Made by a program: the position numbers and the translations under genes. From the NCBI GenBank assembly GCA_016782885.1, contig JADHXQ010000006.1, forward strand, positions 6,144-70,143: 64,000 nt of DNA. The letters run 5' to 3'. The notes beneath the pieces are model-generated. The model searched no databases. It was not told the DNA's origin and was given only the letters and a program-made list of their open reading frames with translations. This DNA is from Phycisphaerae bacterium (GTDB taxonomy: Bacteria; Planctomycetota; Phycisphaerae; SM23-33). The first letter of the stretch is position 1. Every line of letters begins with the position of its first letter. Of the stretch, positions 28,399 through 37,408 are shown in pieces.

Positions 28399-28478
28399 AA
28401 AAGCGCTAAGCCGCAAGCGGCACGACTTCACGTTCGATCGGGTTTTATCAGGTTCGCCGCTTGCGGCTTAGCGCTTTA
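28399..28478 (-). terminator. Perfect 21-23 bp inverted repeat (AAAAGCGCTAAGCCGCAAGCGGC / GCCGCTTGCGGCTTAGCGCTTT) overlapping the stop of the WG-repeat gene; U4 follows on the transcript
   Basis: The two arms are exact reverse complements. The 3' arm encodes the last codons of the upstream gene. A T/A run flanks the repeat on both strands. Confidence 0.6.
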
Positions 28479-31400
28479 TTGATCTTCTCGATCGCGTCGG
28501 CCGCGGCCTTTCGAATACCCTTGTCTTTGTCCTTGAGCATTTTGGTCAGTGCGCCGATTGCTGTCTTTGCGGGCGGGCCGATGTCGCCCAATGCTTCGGC
28601 CGCCCGGAGACGCAGTTCCCTGTCGGTATATAGCGATTCGGTGAGGATCGCAACGGGGCTTGGCAGGGGCGGGATTGGGGCGTTGGCGGTTCTCGTTATA
28701 CGTATCTTGCCGGCATCGATCTTGTACGTGAGCTTTCCCGGCCCGGCGGCGCTGATGAGCGCGAGTTTCAGGGCGGTGTCTAACGTGATGTTCCGAACGT
28801 TCACTCTGACGGGCGTCTCCGGTTCTACACCCAGTTGAGCAAGCGATTTCCAGTCTACTTCAATCTTCGCACCCGAGATCTCGCGGCAGAAGTGCAGCAC
28901 TTGTGAGAGTTCCATGTCCTCAAAGTCAAATCTGGATACCTTACCCTGGAGGAGTTTGGCAACAGTATTGTTTTTCTCCGGTTCACCCCGACCGACAGCC
29001 GGCCGCGCGGAAAGCACGCGGACGATTTTCGCGAGGCGGTCTCGGGTCGAAACGATGGTAATCCCGCCGACGGTAATGCAGTCGATTCGGGAATCACCGA
29101 GATCGGCGAGTATTTCATCCCAGACGCGGGCCATCGTGGTGCTGGGGAGTTGGACATTTATTGTCGTGGCCGGTTCGATCGACAACTCCGCCAATCCGCG
29201 CCAGTCAATGAAAATCGACGAGTCGGTGACCTCGGTAACATCGCGAATGAACTGGAATACCCGTGAGATTTCCATATCCTGAAATGGAATCAGTACGACG
29301 TATGATCTCCATGCTTTCTGAACGCGAGGGCCGATGGCGACCGCCATCGCCGCTCGCAGCGAGAGTCGTTCGCGATATTTCTTGGGAACGGTTGACTTCT
29401 TTTTCAGAAAGGCCGCTGCCGCCCGTGGCTCGGAGATCATCAGCATGACAGCTTCACTTGCCCAGTCAGCAAACTTGGCTTCATCGCCGCCCATTTGCTT
29501 CAGCAGGATATCGAGAGCGTCTTGCCCAGTGGCTCGTCCAAGGGCTGCAGCAGCCAATCTGCACGTATAAGCATCCGAGGTTACAATGCTGTCTCGCAGG
29601 GCCTTAAGGGCTTTGTCCCCGCCAATCGCACTCATGGCGCACAACGCGGATCTCGCCCGTTGCTGGTCACCCTTGCCGAGAGTTTCAAGGAGGCTGGGCA
29701 GGAGGTGCTTGGCGACAGTGCCCAAAGATTTGCCGCCGTCCCGCACAATACCCTGGCGGTCGACCGGGCACTTAGTGAACCGACCGGTTCTCAGATCTTT
29801 GGATTTGAAGACGTATACCCCGTTCTCTATCTTCGGTTCCCTTGGGAACACAGCCGGAATCACGTATTGGCCCTTCTTGTCGATCGCTCCCCATCGTGCG
29901 TCATCGAGGCCGTCGAGACCCATCCGACAAACCACCGCGAGTCCGCGATTAAAGTCGCGGGCATCCTGGAACTGCGGCTGGATCGCCGTCTTCCCGGACT
30001 TGTCAATGTAGCCGAATCTGCCATCCACTCGCACAGCCGCCAGCGACTCGCTGAATGATCGGGCCGCCTCGAATACCGGTTTCAGCACGGTTTTCCCGGT
30101 AGCGTCGATGTACCCCCATTTGGCGTCCTTACGCTTGTCGACGGGTGGGAACTGCACCGCGGCGAGTTGTTCGGAGAAACTCAAGGCGTCGTCGAATTGC
30201 GGTTTCACGACGAACTTACCGTCTCGGTTAACATGCCCCCACAGCTTGCCCGCCTTCGCGGCCGCGGGGCCTTTGGCGAAGTCGCCAACCTCCACAAGAA
30301 CGGGGCGAACTGTGAGTTTCCCGGAGGCGTTTATGAATCCGAATCTCCCTCTCGACCGCACTTTGGCCATTCCGCCGACGAACTTGCTGTCAATCCAATC
30401 CAATTGCGCCGGGAGGACTATGCGGTCGGAGGCGTCCTTGAGCCCGAGTTTCTTGAAGATCTTGAACGCGGCCAGACCGTCTCGAAAATCCAGAGCGTTG
30501 TCGAATTCGATCTTGGAAATAAACTCGCCTGACTTGTCGATGTATCGCCAGGCGCCATTAGCTATCCTGTAGACCCCGCCGTATCCGATCTCGCTATCAG
30601 CATAGGGCCTGTAATAACCCCCGCCAATGTTGACCTTTGCTCGATCATCCCTGAACATGCTGGCGCCGGCGAATTGCGGCGCGATAACTATCTTACCCTT
30701 CCTGTCGATATACCCCCACTTCCCGTCAACGTTGACCGCCGCCAGACCGCACGAGAAACCCAATGCCTGTTCGTATCTGAATGGTATGACGGTGCGGCCG
30801 CTGACGTCGATATAGCCCCATTTGGACTTCCGCAATACGCCCGCCAGACCTTCACTGAACGGACGAACGTTCTTGTACCTGGCCTTGATGACGACAGTTC
30901 CGGTCTTATCAATGAAGCCGAAATCCTGGTTCTCTGTCATGAACGCGGCACGACCGTTGCTGAAATCGCGCAATGTGTAGAATTTCGGCGGGATAACGAC
31001 GTTGCCTTTCCTGTCGATGCACCCGTTCTTCCCGGACTTGTAGAACGTGGCGAATCCCTCGGAGAAATCACCCGTGAATGTCCTGTCCCGGCTCCTGATA
31101 ACCCACTTACCGGACTTGTCGATGAAACCGGACGTTTCACCTCTTGAAGTCTTGTCACGGGAATCGCCTTTGGCGTAAGCCAAACCCTCACGAAAACCCC
31201 TGACTTCATTGAAACTCAACGGAATAACAACCTTTCCTGTCTCATCGATGAAACCCCACGGGCCGAAAAGACTGGCATGCTGTCCATGCGAACCGTATTC
31301 GTGCTCCCACCAACCGTTGTCCGGCGTTTGATTCAGGTGATCCGGCCTTTCGATGTATACCACGCGTCTGATCAGCCTTGAGACCTTCAGGTATTCGACC

Positions 31401-31765
31401 TGGCGGGGCGTCATTGGAGGAGCAACCGCAGCCAGGCCGTCGGAGAAATCACCTGCCCGCGAGTAGTTCTGGGCTACGACAGCTTTGCCCTTCTTGTCGA
31501 TGAAACCCCATCGCTGTTTCTCAATGTCCGCTGGCTCTTGAGATATAGCGGCCAAGCCACTGGAGAAACTGCGGAATTGGTATGGGCGGAAATCCTTCTC
31601 GATAACGACCTTGCCTTTGGTGTCTATATACCCGGACCGCGCGGGCTTGTAGAATATCTCAAACTTCCCGAGCATGGGTTTGGGGCGGGTCGTCTGGGCG
31701 GCGGACGGATCGCAGATCAGCAGTCCTGCAAGAAGTAGACTCGTAAGGGCAAGCCTGCGATTCAT
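28448..31765 (-). CDS. Large (1105 aa) secreted protein with many WG-containing (KWGYID-type) repeats, PBS-lyase HEAT repeats, and two STN/secretin-N-like modules
   Basis: Signal peptide. At least 12 repeats of the form (K)WG(F/Y)ID..GK.VI. HEAT-like AAEALGDIGPPAKTAIGALTKMLKDKDKGIRKAAADAIEKI. Two beta-alpha modules (MEISRVFQFIRDVTEVTDSSIFIDW...; MELSQVLHFCREISGAKIEVDW...). Confidence 0.7.
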   Translation of the reverse strand: MNRRLALTSLLLAGLLICDPSAAQTTRPKPMLGKFEIFYKPARSGYIDTKGKVVIEKDFRPYQFRSFSSGLAAISQEPADIEKQRWGFIDKKGKAVVAQNYSRAGDFSDGLAAVAPPMTPRQVEYLKVSRLIRRVVYIERPDHLNQTPDNGWWEHEYGSHGQHASLFGPWGFIDETGKVVIPLSFNEVRGFREGLAYAKGDSRDKTSRGETSGFIDKSGKWVIRSRDRTFTGDFSEGFATFYKSGKNGCIDRKGNVVIPPKFYTLRDFSNGRAAFMTENQDFGFIDKTGTVVIKARYKNVRPFSEGLAGVLRKSKWGYIDVSGRTVIPFRYEQALGFSCGLAAVNVDGKWGYIDRKGKIVIAPQFAGASMFRDDRAKVNIGGGYYRPYADSEIGYGGVYRIANGAWRYIDKSGEFISKIEFDNALDFRDGLAAFKIFKKLGLKDASDRIVLPAQLDWIDSKFVGGMAKVRSRGRFGFINASGKLTVRPVLVEVGDFAKGPAAAKAGKLWGHVNRDGKFVVKPQFDDALSFSEQLAAVQFPPVDKRKDAKWGYIDATGKTVLKPVFEAARSFSESLAAVRVDGRFGYIDKSGKTAIQPQFQDARDFNRGLAVVCRMGLDGLDDARWGAIDKKGQYVIPAVFPREPKIENGVYVFKSKDLRTGRFTKCPVDRQGIVRDGGKSLGTVAKHLLPSLLETLGKGDQQRARSALCAMSAIGGDKALKALRDSIVTSDAYTCRLAAAALGRATGQDALDILLKQMGGDEAKFADWASEAVMLMISEPRAAAAFLKKKSTVPKKYRERLSLRAAMAVAIGPRVQKAWRSYVVLIPFQDMEISRVFQFIRDVTEVTDSSIFIDWRGLAELSIEPATTINVQLPSTTMARVWDEILADLGDSRIDCITVGGITIVSTRDRLAKIVRVLSARPAVGRGEPEKNNTVAKLLQGKVSRFDFEDMELSQVLHFCREISGAKIEVDWKSLAQLGVEPETPVRVNVRNITLDTALKLALISAAGPGKLTYKIDAGKIRITRTANAPIPPLPSPVAILTESLYTDRELRLRAAEALGDIGPPAKTAIGALTKMLKDKDKGIRKAAADAIEKINKALSRKRRT

Positions 31766-32170
31766 TCGCTGATCTCCGGTACAGCTACGGGCGAATTTAA
31801 AATCGTCAATGCAACGCCGCCGTTTCGTGAGGCCCCGCGAGCTCGGCAGTTACACTATTCTCTCGGGCGGAGGGCCAGTCCGTCAACGTAAATCTGCGGA
31901 TTACTATCGGTCAAGTCATTGAATCTCCGCCCTGTTTTGCTTGAGCGTGCGACCCGGCGGTCCCGACTTCAGTCTTCGCTTGCAGCTTCGGTCTTCGCCG
32001 TTGGATTCGTCCTGACAAGCCTTCCCGACAAGTCGTCGGGATGAGAGCCGACGCAAGCGTCGGCCCTTCGACTTCGCTCCCTTCGACACGCTCAGGATCT
32101 GCGACAGGGCAAGCCGCTAATCGGGGTGGCGAGACTCCCGGCGAAAATGATTATTATCTGTTTGCATGCA

Positions 32171-32188
32171 GTTAACATGCATGTTAAC
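32171..32188. promoter_or_regulatory. 18-bp perfect palindrome GTTAACATGCATGTTAAC, 12 nt upstream of the HigB-like start. Putative HigA operator overlapping the promoter.
   Basis: Exact dyad symmetry. It is flanked by a further TGCATGCA palindrome. The surrounding region is AT-rich. Confidence 0.5.
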
Positions 32189-32199
32189 CTGTGATTGAC

Positions 32200-32550
32200 A
32201 TGAGAGAAATCATTTTTTACAGGACGAGTAGTGGCCACAGCCCCATTGATGATTTTCTCGATTCGCTATCTTCAAAGCAGGCAAGGAAGGTTGCATGGGT
32301 GTTAAATCTTGTTGAAGAACTGTAGATTGTGCCAAAACAGTATTTTAAGAAGATGGTCAATACCGAGGATCTGTGGGAAGTTCGAGTGAGAACGGGCTCG
32401 AACATATTCCGGTTTCTGAGCTTCTTTGACGGAGCGAAGATAGTGGTCTTGTCCCATGCGTTCCAGAAGAAGACGCAAAAGACGCCACTCCACGCCGTCA
32501 AACTCGCCGAAGAAAGAAGAAGAGATTACTTTGCAAGGAAGAAGAAATGA
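32200..32550 (+). pseudogene. higB: HigB/RelE-type toxin of the Gp49-like (DUF891) family, interrupted by an in-frame TAG at 32323..32325
   Basis: MREIIFYRTSSGHSPIDDFLDSLSSKQARKVAWVLNLVEEL * IVPKQYF...[52 protein letters not shown]. Both halves are in the same frame and together span a full-length Gp49-like toxin. Confidence 0.75.
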
Positions 32551-32822
32551 GTGATGTGAAGAAATATATAAAGAAGCGCAAAGCCAGAGATCCCGAATTT
32601 GCAGAAGGTTTTGATTCCGGATATGAAAAGTTCAAGATTGGCGTCATGCTCAAACAGGCCAGAGAAGAAGCGGGCATGACTCAGGAAGAACTTGCCACCC
32701 GTATGAATACGAAGAAAACGGCCATTTCCAGAATCGAGAACCATGCTGAAGATATTAAACTGTCAACTCTCGAAAAGTTCGCCCATGCGCTGGGCCGGAA
32801 GCTTAAACTCGAAGTTGCGTAA
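32547..32822 (+). CDS. higA: XRE-family HTH antitoxin (HigA-like)
   Basis: The start overlaps the toxin stop (ATGA). HTH: [33 protein letters not shown]. Confidence 0.8.
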   Translation: MSDVKKYIKKRKARDPEFAEGFDSGYEKFKIGVMLKQAREEAGMTQEELATRMNTKKTAISRIENHAEDIKLSTLEKFAHALGRKLKLEVA

Positions 32823-33034
32823 CAACGGTCGTAGCGAACAAAAGGGGCGGGACTCTGTGTTCGGCGGTGATAGAAACCCCAACGCTGACGAGACAAGTCT
32901 ATACGCATTAGTCCAATTACGTCGGAACGTCTATTCTCTCGCCCCGTCAACGGTCTCTCTGAATGACGCTGGAGTTCCATGTCGTATGAACCCCGTTTGC
33001 AGGACCCAGCGACAACGGCGAGACGCTCAACCAA

Positions 33035-33071
33035 CAAAAAAGCCCTCGGATAGCTATCCGAGGGTTTTTTT
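33035..33071 (-). terminator. Rho-independent terminator after rplQ, at the end of the ribosomal super-operon; bidirectional
   Basis: AAAAAAGCCCTCGGATAGCTATCCGAGGGTTTTTTT. An 11-bp palindromic stem is flanked by A6 and T7. Confidence 0.8.
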
Positions 33072-33113
33072 CTGTTTGGGTATTGCTTTGAACGCCGATG
33101 CGAGAAGTCCGCC

Positions 33114-33833
33114 TTATTCTTTGTCCTTCTCTTCTTCCGCGGGAGCCTCTTCAGCAGGAGCTTCTTCCGCGGGAGCTTCCTCAGCAGGAGCCTCTTCCGC
33201 GGGAGCTTCTTCCGCGGGAGCTTCCTCAGCCGGAGCTTCTTCAGCGGGAGCTTCTTCAGCGGGGGCTTCTTCGGCGGGTGCTTCGGCCGGGGCCTCTTCT
33301 ACTGCCTCGGGCGCTTCTTCGGCGGGTGCTTCGGTCCTCTCTTCGATACCCTCGGCCGCTTCGATGCGCCTGGCTGCGCGCGCACTGCGGCGGCTGTCGC
33401 CACCCAATCCTCCGCGTGAGGGTTCGTCCTCGATCAACTGGAGGATCACCTGCTTTCCGGCATCGCCGATTCGGCGTTCGGCCAGATGGATGATCCTGGT
33501 GTATCCGCCGGGGCGGTCGGCATACCTGGGCGCTATGACGTCAAAGAGCTTCTGCACCACGGTCTGTTCTTCAATATCGTAGTCGTTGTTTTTCGCGTCG
33601 TAGGTATACATATCACGGTCCTGCAGGCGTGAGACTACCTGCCTGCGGGCGTGCAATGTTCCCTTCTTGGCGACAGTGATCAGTTTTTCGACGAACCGGC
33701 GCAGGTGCTTGGCCTTTGCTTCCGTCGTTCGGATCGAGCCGTGCTGGATCAGAGCTGCCGCCATGTTCCGCCGCATAGCGGTGCGGTGCTTGCTCGTGCG
33801 GTTAAAGTGTTTAGTTGCCATTCGGTGACGCAT
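33114..33833 (-). CDS. rplQ: 50S ribosomal protein L17 with a C-terminal acidic (APAEE)n repeat extension of about 100 aa
   Basis: MRHRMATKHFNRTSKHRTAMRRNMAAALIQHGSIRTTEAKAK is the L17 N-terminus. The tail is EEAPAEAPAEEAPAEEAPAEE... encoded by 15-bp tandem DNA repeats. Confidence 0.92.
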   Translation of the reverse strand: MRHRMATKHFNRTSKHRTAMRRNMAAALIQHGSIRTTEAKAKHLRRFVEKLITVAKKGTLHARRQVVSRLQDRDMYTYDAKNNDYDIEEQTVVQKLFDVIAPRYADRPGGYTRIIHLAERRIGDAGKQVILQLIEDEPSRGGLGGDSRRSARAARRIEAAEGIEERTEAPAEEAPEAVEEAPAEAPAEEAPAEEAPAEEAPAEEAPAEEAPAEEAPAEEAPAEEAPAEEAPAEEEKDKE

Positions 33834-33863
33834 CGTTGAAAATCCTCTCAGCCAGTAGCTGAC

Positions 33864-34889
33864 TTACTCGGGCATCGGCTCTTCCAGTTCGCCCTTGACG
33901 TCGGGGAGAGGCACATTCATGCCGAGCGACAGGCCCATGTCCTGCAACTTTCGTTTGACTTCTCTGAGCGAAGTTTTTCCGAAGCTGCGAATCTGCAATA
34001 GTTCTGTTTCGGGGTAATTGACGAGCTGCCCGACGGTCTGGATGCTTCCCGCCTCGAGGCAGTTGTTACTTCGCACACCCAGTTCCAGTTCGTGAACGCT
34101 CATGGAAAGTTTCCTGAGCAGTTCGGAATCGATTTCTTCGTGGTCATCGCTCGGCGCGGCTTCGACAATCTGCTCGCCGAGTTCGAAGTACTGCACGAAC
34201 GGGTTCAGGTGTTTCCTGAAGATTTTGGCGGCTTCCACGAGCGCCATTTCCGGCGTGATGGTGCCGTTGGTCCAGATTTCCAGGAGCAGGCGGTCGTAGT
34301 TTGTCAGTTGCCCGACTCTGGTATCTTCGGTGCGATATCGCACTCTCGTGACGGGCGAATAGGACGCGTCGATGTAGATTCGCCCGAGTTCCTGATCGCC
34401 GTCGGGATCGTACATCGTCTCCGCGGGGACGTATCCCCTACCGCCCTGGACAACCATTTCCATGTCGAACTTCACGTCGCTGGTCAGGGTTGCAATCACC
34501 AGTTCGGGATTGATGATTTCGACGGCGGGATCCGTCTCGATCATCTCCGCGGTGACAACACCGCTGACCTCGCTGTGAAGGCGCATGATTTTGGGTGTGT
34601 CGGCATGGCTTTTGACCACGAGCTGCTTGACGTTCAGGACGATATCGGTGACATCTTCCATCACGCCCGGAATCGGCGTGAATTCATGGTCGGCGCCCTG
34701 GATTTTTATGCTCGTAACGGCCGCGCCCTGGAGACTGCTGAGCAGGATTCTCCTGAGCGCATTGCCGACCGTTGTCCCGAATCCGCGTTCGAACGGTTCG
34801 ACGGAAAATCGACCGTAAGTTGGAGTCGAAACGTCCTGATCGTTAACAACCCGTGTTGGTAATTCTAGACCGCGCCACCTGATTCGCAT
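33864..34889 (-). CDS. rpoA: DNA-directed RNA polymerase subunit alpha
   Basis: LEPFERGFGTTVGNALRRILLSS; 341 aa. Located in the alpha operon. Confidence 0.96.
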   Translation of the reverse strand: MRIRWRGLELPTRVVNDQDVSTPTYGRFSVEPFERGFGTTVGNALRRILLSSLQGAAVTSIKIQGADHEFTPIPGVMEDVTDIVLNVKQLVVKSHADTPKIMRLHSEVSGVVTAEMIETDPAVEIINPELVIATLTSDVKFDMEMVVQGGRGYVPAETMYDPDGDQELGRIYIDASYSPVTRVRYRTEDTRVGQLTNYDRLLLEIWTNGTITPEMALVEAAKIFRKHLNPFVQYFELGEQIVEAAPSDDHEEIDSELLRKLSMSVHELELGVRSNNCLEAGSIQTVGQLVNYPETELLQIRSFGKTSLREVKRKLQDMGLSLGMNVPLPDVKGELEEPMPE

Positions 34890-34968
34890 TACCTATGCTC
34901 CCGTCCCTGAGGATCGCAAGAAGGATTATTGATTTTGATTACTCGATTATTCTTCCCGACTGAGAGAA

Positions 34969-35589
34969 CTATCGGCCGCAGAATTCCACTACCAAGTTAA
35001 CTTCTACCGGAATCATCACATCGTCTTTTGACGGTACGGCGAGAATTTCTCCCGTCAGTTTGGCCTGGTCAAGCTGCAGCCAGTTCTGGACTCTCGGTTC
35101 GCCGAGATCATCCAGATTAGCCCGGATCAGCGCCTGTGACCTGTCGGAGGGCTTAATGGTAATCTTGTCTCCGACACGCACTCTGTAACTGGCGATATTG
35201 ACCGGCCTGTCGTTGATATAAATATGCCCGTGTCCAATGACCTGTCGAGCGGCCGGTCTGGACGGAGCCATACCGAGCTTGTGAATAACGTTGTCGAGGC
35301 GTCTTTCCAGCAGGCTCAGCAGCGCTGCGCCGGTATCGCCCTTTGTGCGACCGGCCTGGCGGTACAGATTCATGAACTGCCTGTCCCGGATACCGTAGTA
35401 CCGCTTGACTTTCTGGGTTTCTCGCAGGCGCAGGCGATATTCGCTGCCCCTTCCGCGGCGCCATGAATGCATGCCCGGGGGAACCATTCGCCGTTCGATC
35501 TTACCGCTTTCACTGCGGGCGCCTTTCAGCATCAGGTTGATGCCTTCCCGGCGGCTTAGCTTGTCTGTCGGACCTGTATGGCGTCCCAT
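34969..35589 (-). CDS. rpsD: 30S ribosomal protein S4
   Basis: MGRHTGPTDKLSRREGINL...; 206 aa. Operon order. Confidence 0.95.
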   Translation of the reverse strand: MGRHTGPTDKLSRREGINLMLKGARSESGKIERRMVPPGMHSWRRGRGSEYRLRLRETQKVKRYYGIRDRQFMNLYRQAGRTKGDTGAALLSLLERRLDNVIHKLGMAPSRPAARQVIGHGHIYINDRPVNIASYRVRVGDKITIKPSDRSQALIRANLDDLGEPRVQNWLQLDQAKLTGEILAVPSKDDVMIPVEVNLVVEFCGR

Positions 35590-35633
35590 TTATCTATCGC
35601 TCCAGTAGTCTTTTATCCATTTTTCCGTCGAGC

Positions 35634-36008
35634 TTATACTCGCCGTTTTTTTCTCGGTCTGCATCCGTTATGCGGGATCGGGGTCACGTCTTGTATCGAG
35701 GTAATCTTGATCCCGGAACCCTCAAGCGCCCGAATAGCGCTTTCCCGCCCGCTGCCCGGACCCTTGACGAGCACCTCGACTTCTATCATGCCCATTTTCC
35801 TGGCGCTCTGTGCGGCGGTTTCCGCCGCCCGCTGAGCGGCAAAGGGAGTGGACTTCCTGCTTCCCTTGAAGCCGATGGTACCAGCCGAAGCCGAGCAAAG
35901 CACGTCGCCATTGACATCGGTAATGGTAATCTGCGTATTGTTGTAGCTGGCGCGTATATGGGCGATGCCCTTCGTGACGCCTCTGCGTTGTTTCTTGCTT
36001 TTGGCCAT
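35634..36008 (-). CDS. rpsK: 30S ribosomal protein S11
   Basis: [30 protein letters not shown]. Confidence 0.95.
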   Translation of the reverse strand: MAKSKKQRRGVTKGIAHIRASYNNTQITITDVNGDVLCSASAGTIGFKGSRKSTPFAAQRAAETAAQSARKMGMIEVEVLVKGPGSGRESAIRALEGSGIKITSIQDVTPIPHNGCRPRKKRRV

Positions 36009-36011
36009 GGG

Positions 36012-36395
36012 CTACCGCATCTCCTTGACCGACTTCTTACCGGCGACGGTCTTTCGCGGACCTTTTCTCGTTCTCGCGTTGGTCTTTGTGCGCTGTCCGC
36101 GGACGGGAAGCCCGCGGCGATGCCTCAGACCGCGATAGCAGGCAATGTCGCGCAGGCGCGCCACGTTCTGCTGAACCTGCCTGCGCAACTGGCCTTCAAT
36201 AATGAAGTCCTCTTCGAGGATACCGGCGACCTTCGAGAGCTGCTCTTCGTCGAGTTCCTTTGCCGGCGTGCGCGGATCGATCCCCGCCTTCTCGCAGATC
36301 ATCGCGGCAGATTTCGGGCCTACCCCGTAAATATATCGAAAAGCATACATCGCAGCTTTGTCGTTTGGAATGTCAACACCTGCCACACGCGGCAT
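36012..36395 (-). CDS. rpsM: 30S ribosomal protein S13
   Basis: MPRVAGVDIP...CYRGLRHRRGLPVRGQRTKTNARTRKG. Confidence 0.95.
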   Translation of the reverse strand: MPRVAGVDIPNDKAAMYAFRYIYGVGPKSAAMICEKAGIDPRTPAKELDEEQLSKVAGILEEDFIIEGQLRRQVQQNVARLRDIACYRGLRHRRGLPVRGQRTKTNARTRKGPRKTVAGKKSVKEMR

Positions 36396-36429
36396 GTTTA
36401 TCTCCTTGCGCCCAACGCCATCGGGGGGT

Positions 36430-36543
36430 TTATCCCTGGCGTTGTTTGTGTTTCGGATTATCGCAGATCACGCGCACGACGCCCTTGCGCCGAATGATCT
36501 TGCATTTCTCGCAAATTCTCTTTACTGATGTTCGAACTTTCAT
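36430..36543 (-). CDS. rpmJ: 50S ribosomal protein L36
   Basis: Reverse complement encodes [37 protein letters not shown] (37 aa, Zn-ribbon C-x2-C...C). Not present in the ORF track because it is under 60 aa. Confidence 0.9.
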   Translation of the reverse strand: MKVRTSVKRICEKCKIIRRKGVVRVICDNPKHKQRQG

Positions 36544-36616
36544 CGCTGATATCCGTCCCTTGCCATCCCTTCAGATGCTTACGAATGCATCAGAAGAGAT
36601 GACAATATTTTTTAAA

Positions 36617-37396
36617 CTAACTTCCGTCTGTAAGCGGTATCGCCCCATCGGGCGTTATCGCTATCGTATGTTCAAAGTGCGCCGAGCGGCCCGAGTCGCA
36701 CGTTGCGACCGTCCAACCATCTCGACAACACTTAACGTCCGCCGATCCGAGATTCACCATCGGCTCGACCGCCAGGACCAGTCCCGGAACCAGGCTGATG
36801 TCGCGCCGCCTGAGTTCCGGTGAAACAAAGTTGGGAACTTTCGGGTCTTCATGCATTTCCGATCCGATACCGTGCCCGACAAACTCGCGAACGACCGAGA
36901 AGCCTTCGGACTCGACGTAGCCCTGCATCGCCTCGGCGACGCTGGACCACTTGACTCCCGGCGCGCACATCGCAACGGCCATCGCCAGCGCATTCCTCGT
37001 GACCTCGACGAGGCGGCGCACGTCATCGGGAACCTGCCCGACAATATACGTCTCTGCCGCATCACCGCACCACCCGTCGAGTTCCACACCGAAATCGACG
37101 CTGACAATATCACCGTCGCAAACAACTCTTTGCGACGGTATACCGTGAACGACCTCTTCGTTCAGGGAAACGCAGATGGCGCCTGGAAACGGTCCGGCGC
37201 GCCCTCGGCCCGGTACGCCTTTAAACAGGCACTTACCACCGTTGGCGTGACAGAGCCTTTCGGCTTCGGCGTTCAATTCTTCTGTTGTAATGCCCGGGGC
37301 GACCATGTCGCCCAGGCGGTCCAGCACGAGGCGGACGATACGTCCGGCCTTGTGCATACGTTCGATCTGATCGGGGCTTTTAAGCCTGATCGCCAC
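36617..37396 (-). CDS. map: Methionine aminopeptidase, type I
   Basis: MAIRLKSPDQIERMHKAGRIV...; metal-binding Asp/His/Glu pattern. Located in the spc/alpha junction. Confidence 0.93.
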   Translation of the reverse strand: MAIRLKSPDQIERMHKAGRIVRLVLDRLGDMVAPGITTEELNAEAERLCHANGGKCLFKGVPGRGRAGPFPGAICVSLNEEVVHGIPSQRVVCDGDIVSVDFGVELDGWCGDAAETYIVGQVPDDVRRLVEVTRNALAMAVAMCAPGVKWSSVAEAMQGYVESEGFSVVREFVGHGIGSEMHEDPKVPNFVSPELRRRDISLVPGLVLAVEPMVNLGSADVKCCRDGWTVATCDSGRSAHFEHTIAITPDGAIPLTDGS

Positions 37397-37408
37397 GCTG
37401 TTGACCTT

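Noticed and set aside
32217-32501. 94-aa minus-strand ORF
   Set aside because: It is antisense to the HigB-like toxin gene. The plus-strand frame has clear family homology.
33098-33582. Tandem 15-bp repeats, with ORFs in several frames, that could be mistaken for a CRISPR array or a separate gene. The same applies to 61488..62058.
   Set aside because: The repeats are contiguous with no spacers, are in-frame with rplQ and rplJ, and translate to the (APAEE)n tails. The overlapping ORFs are alternate frames of the same repeat.
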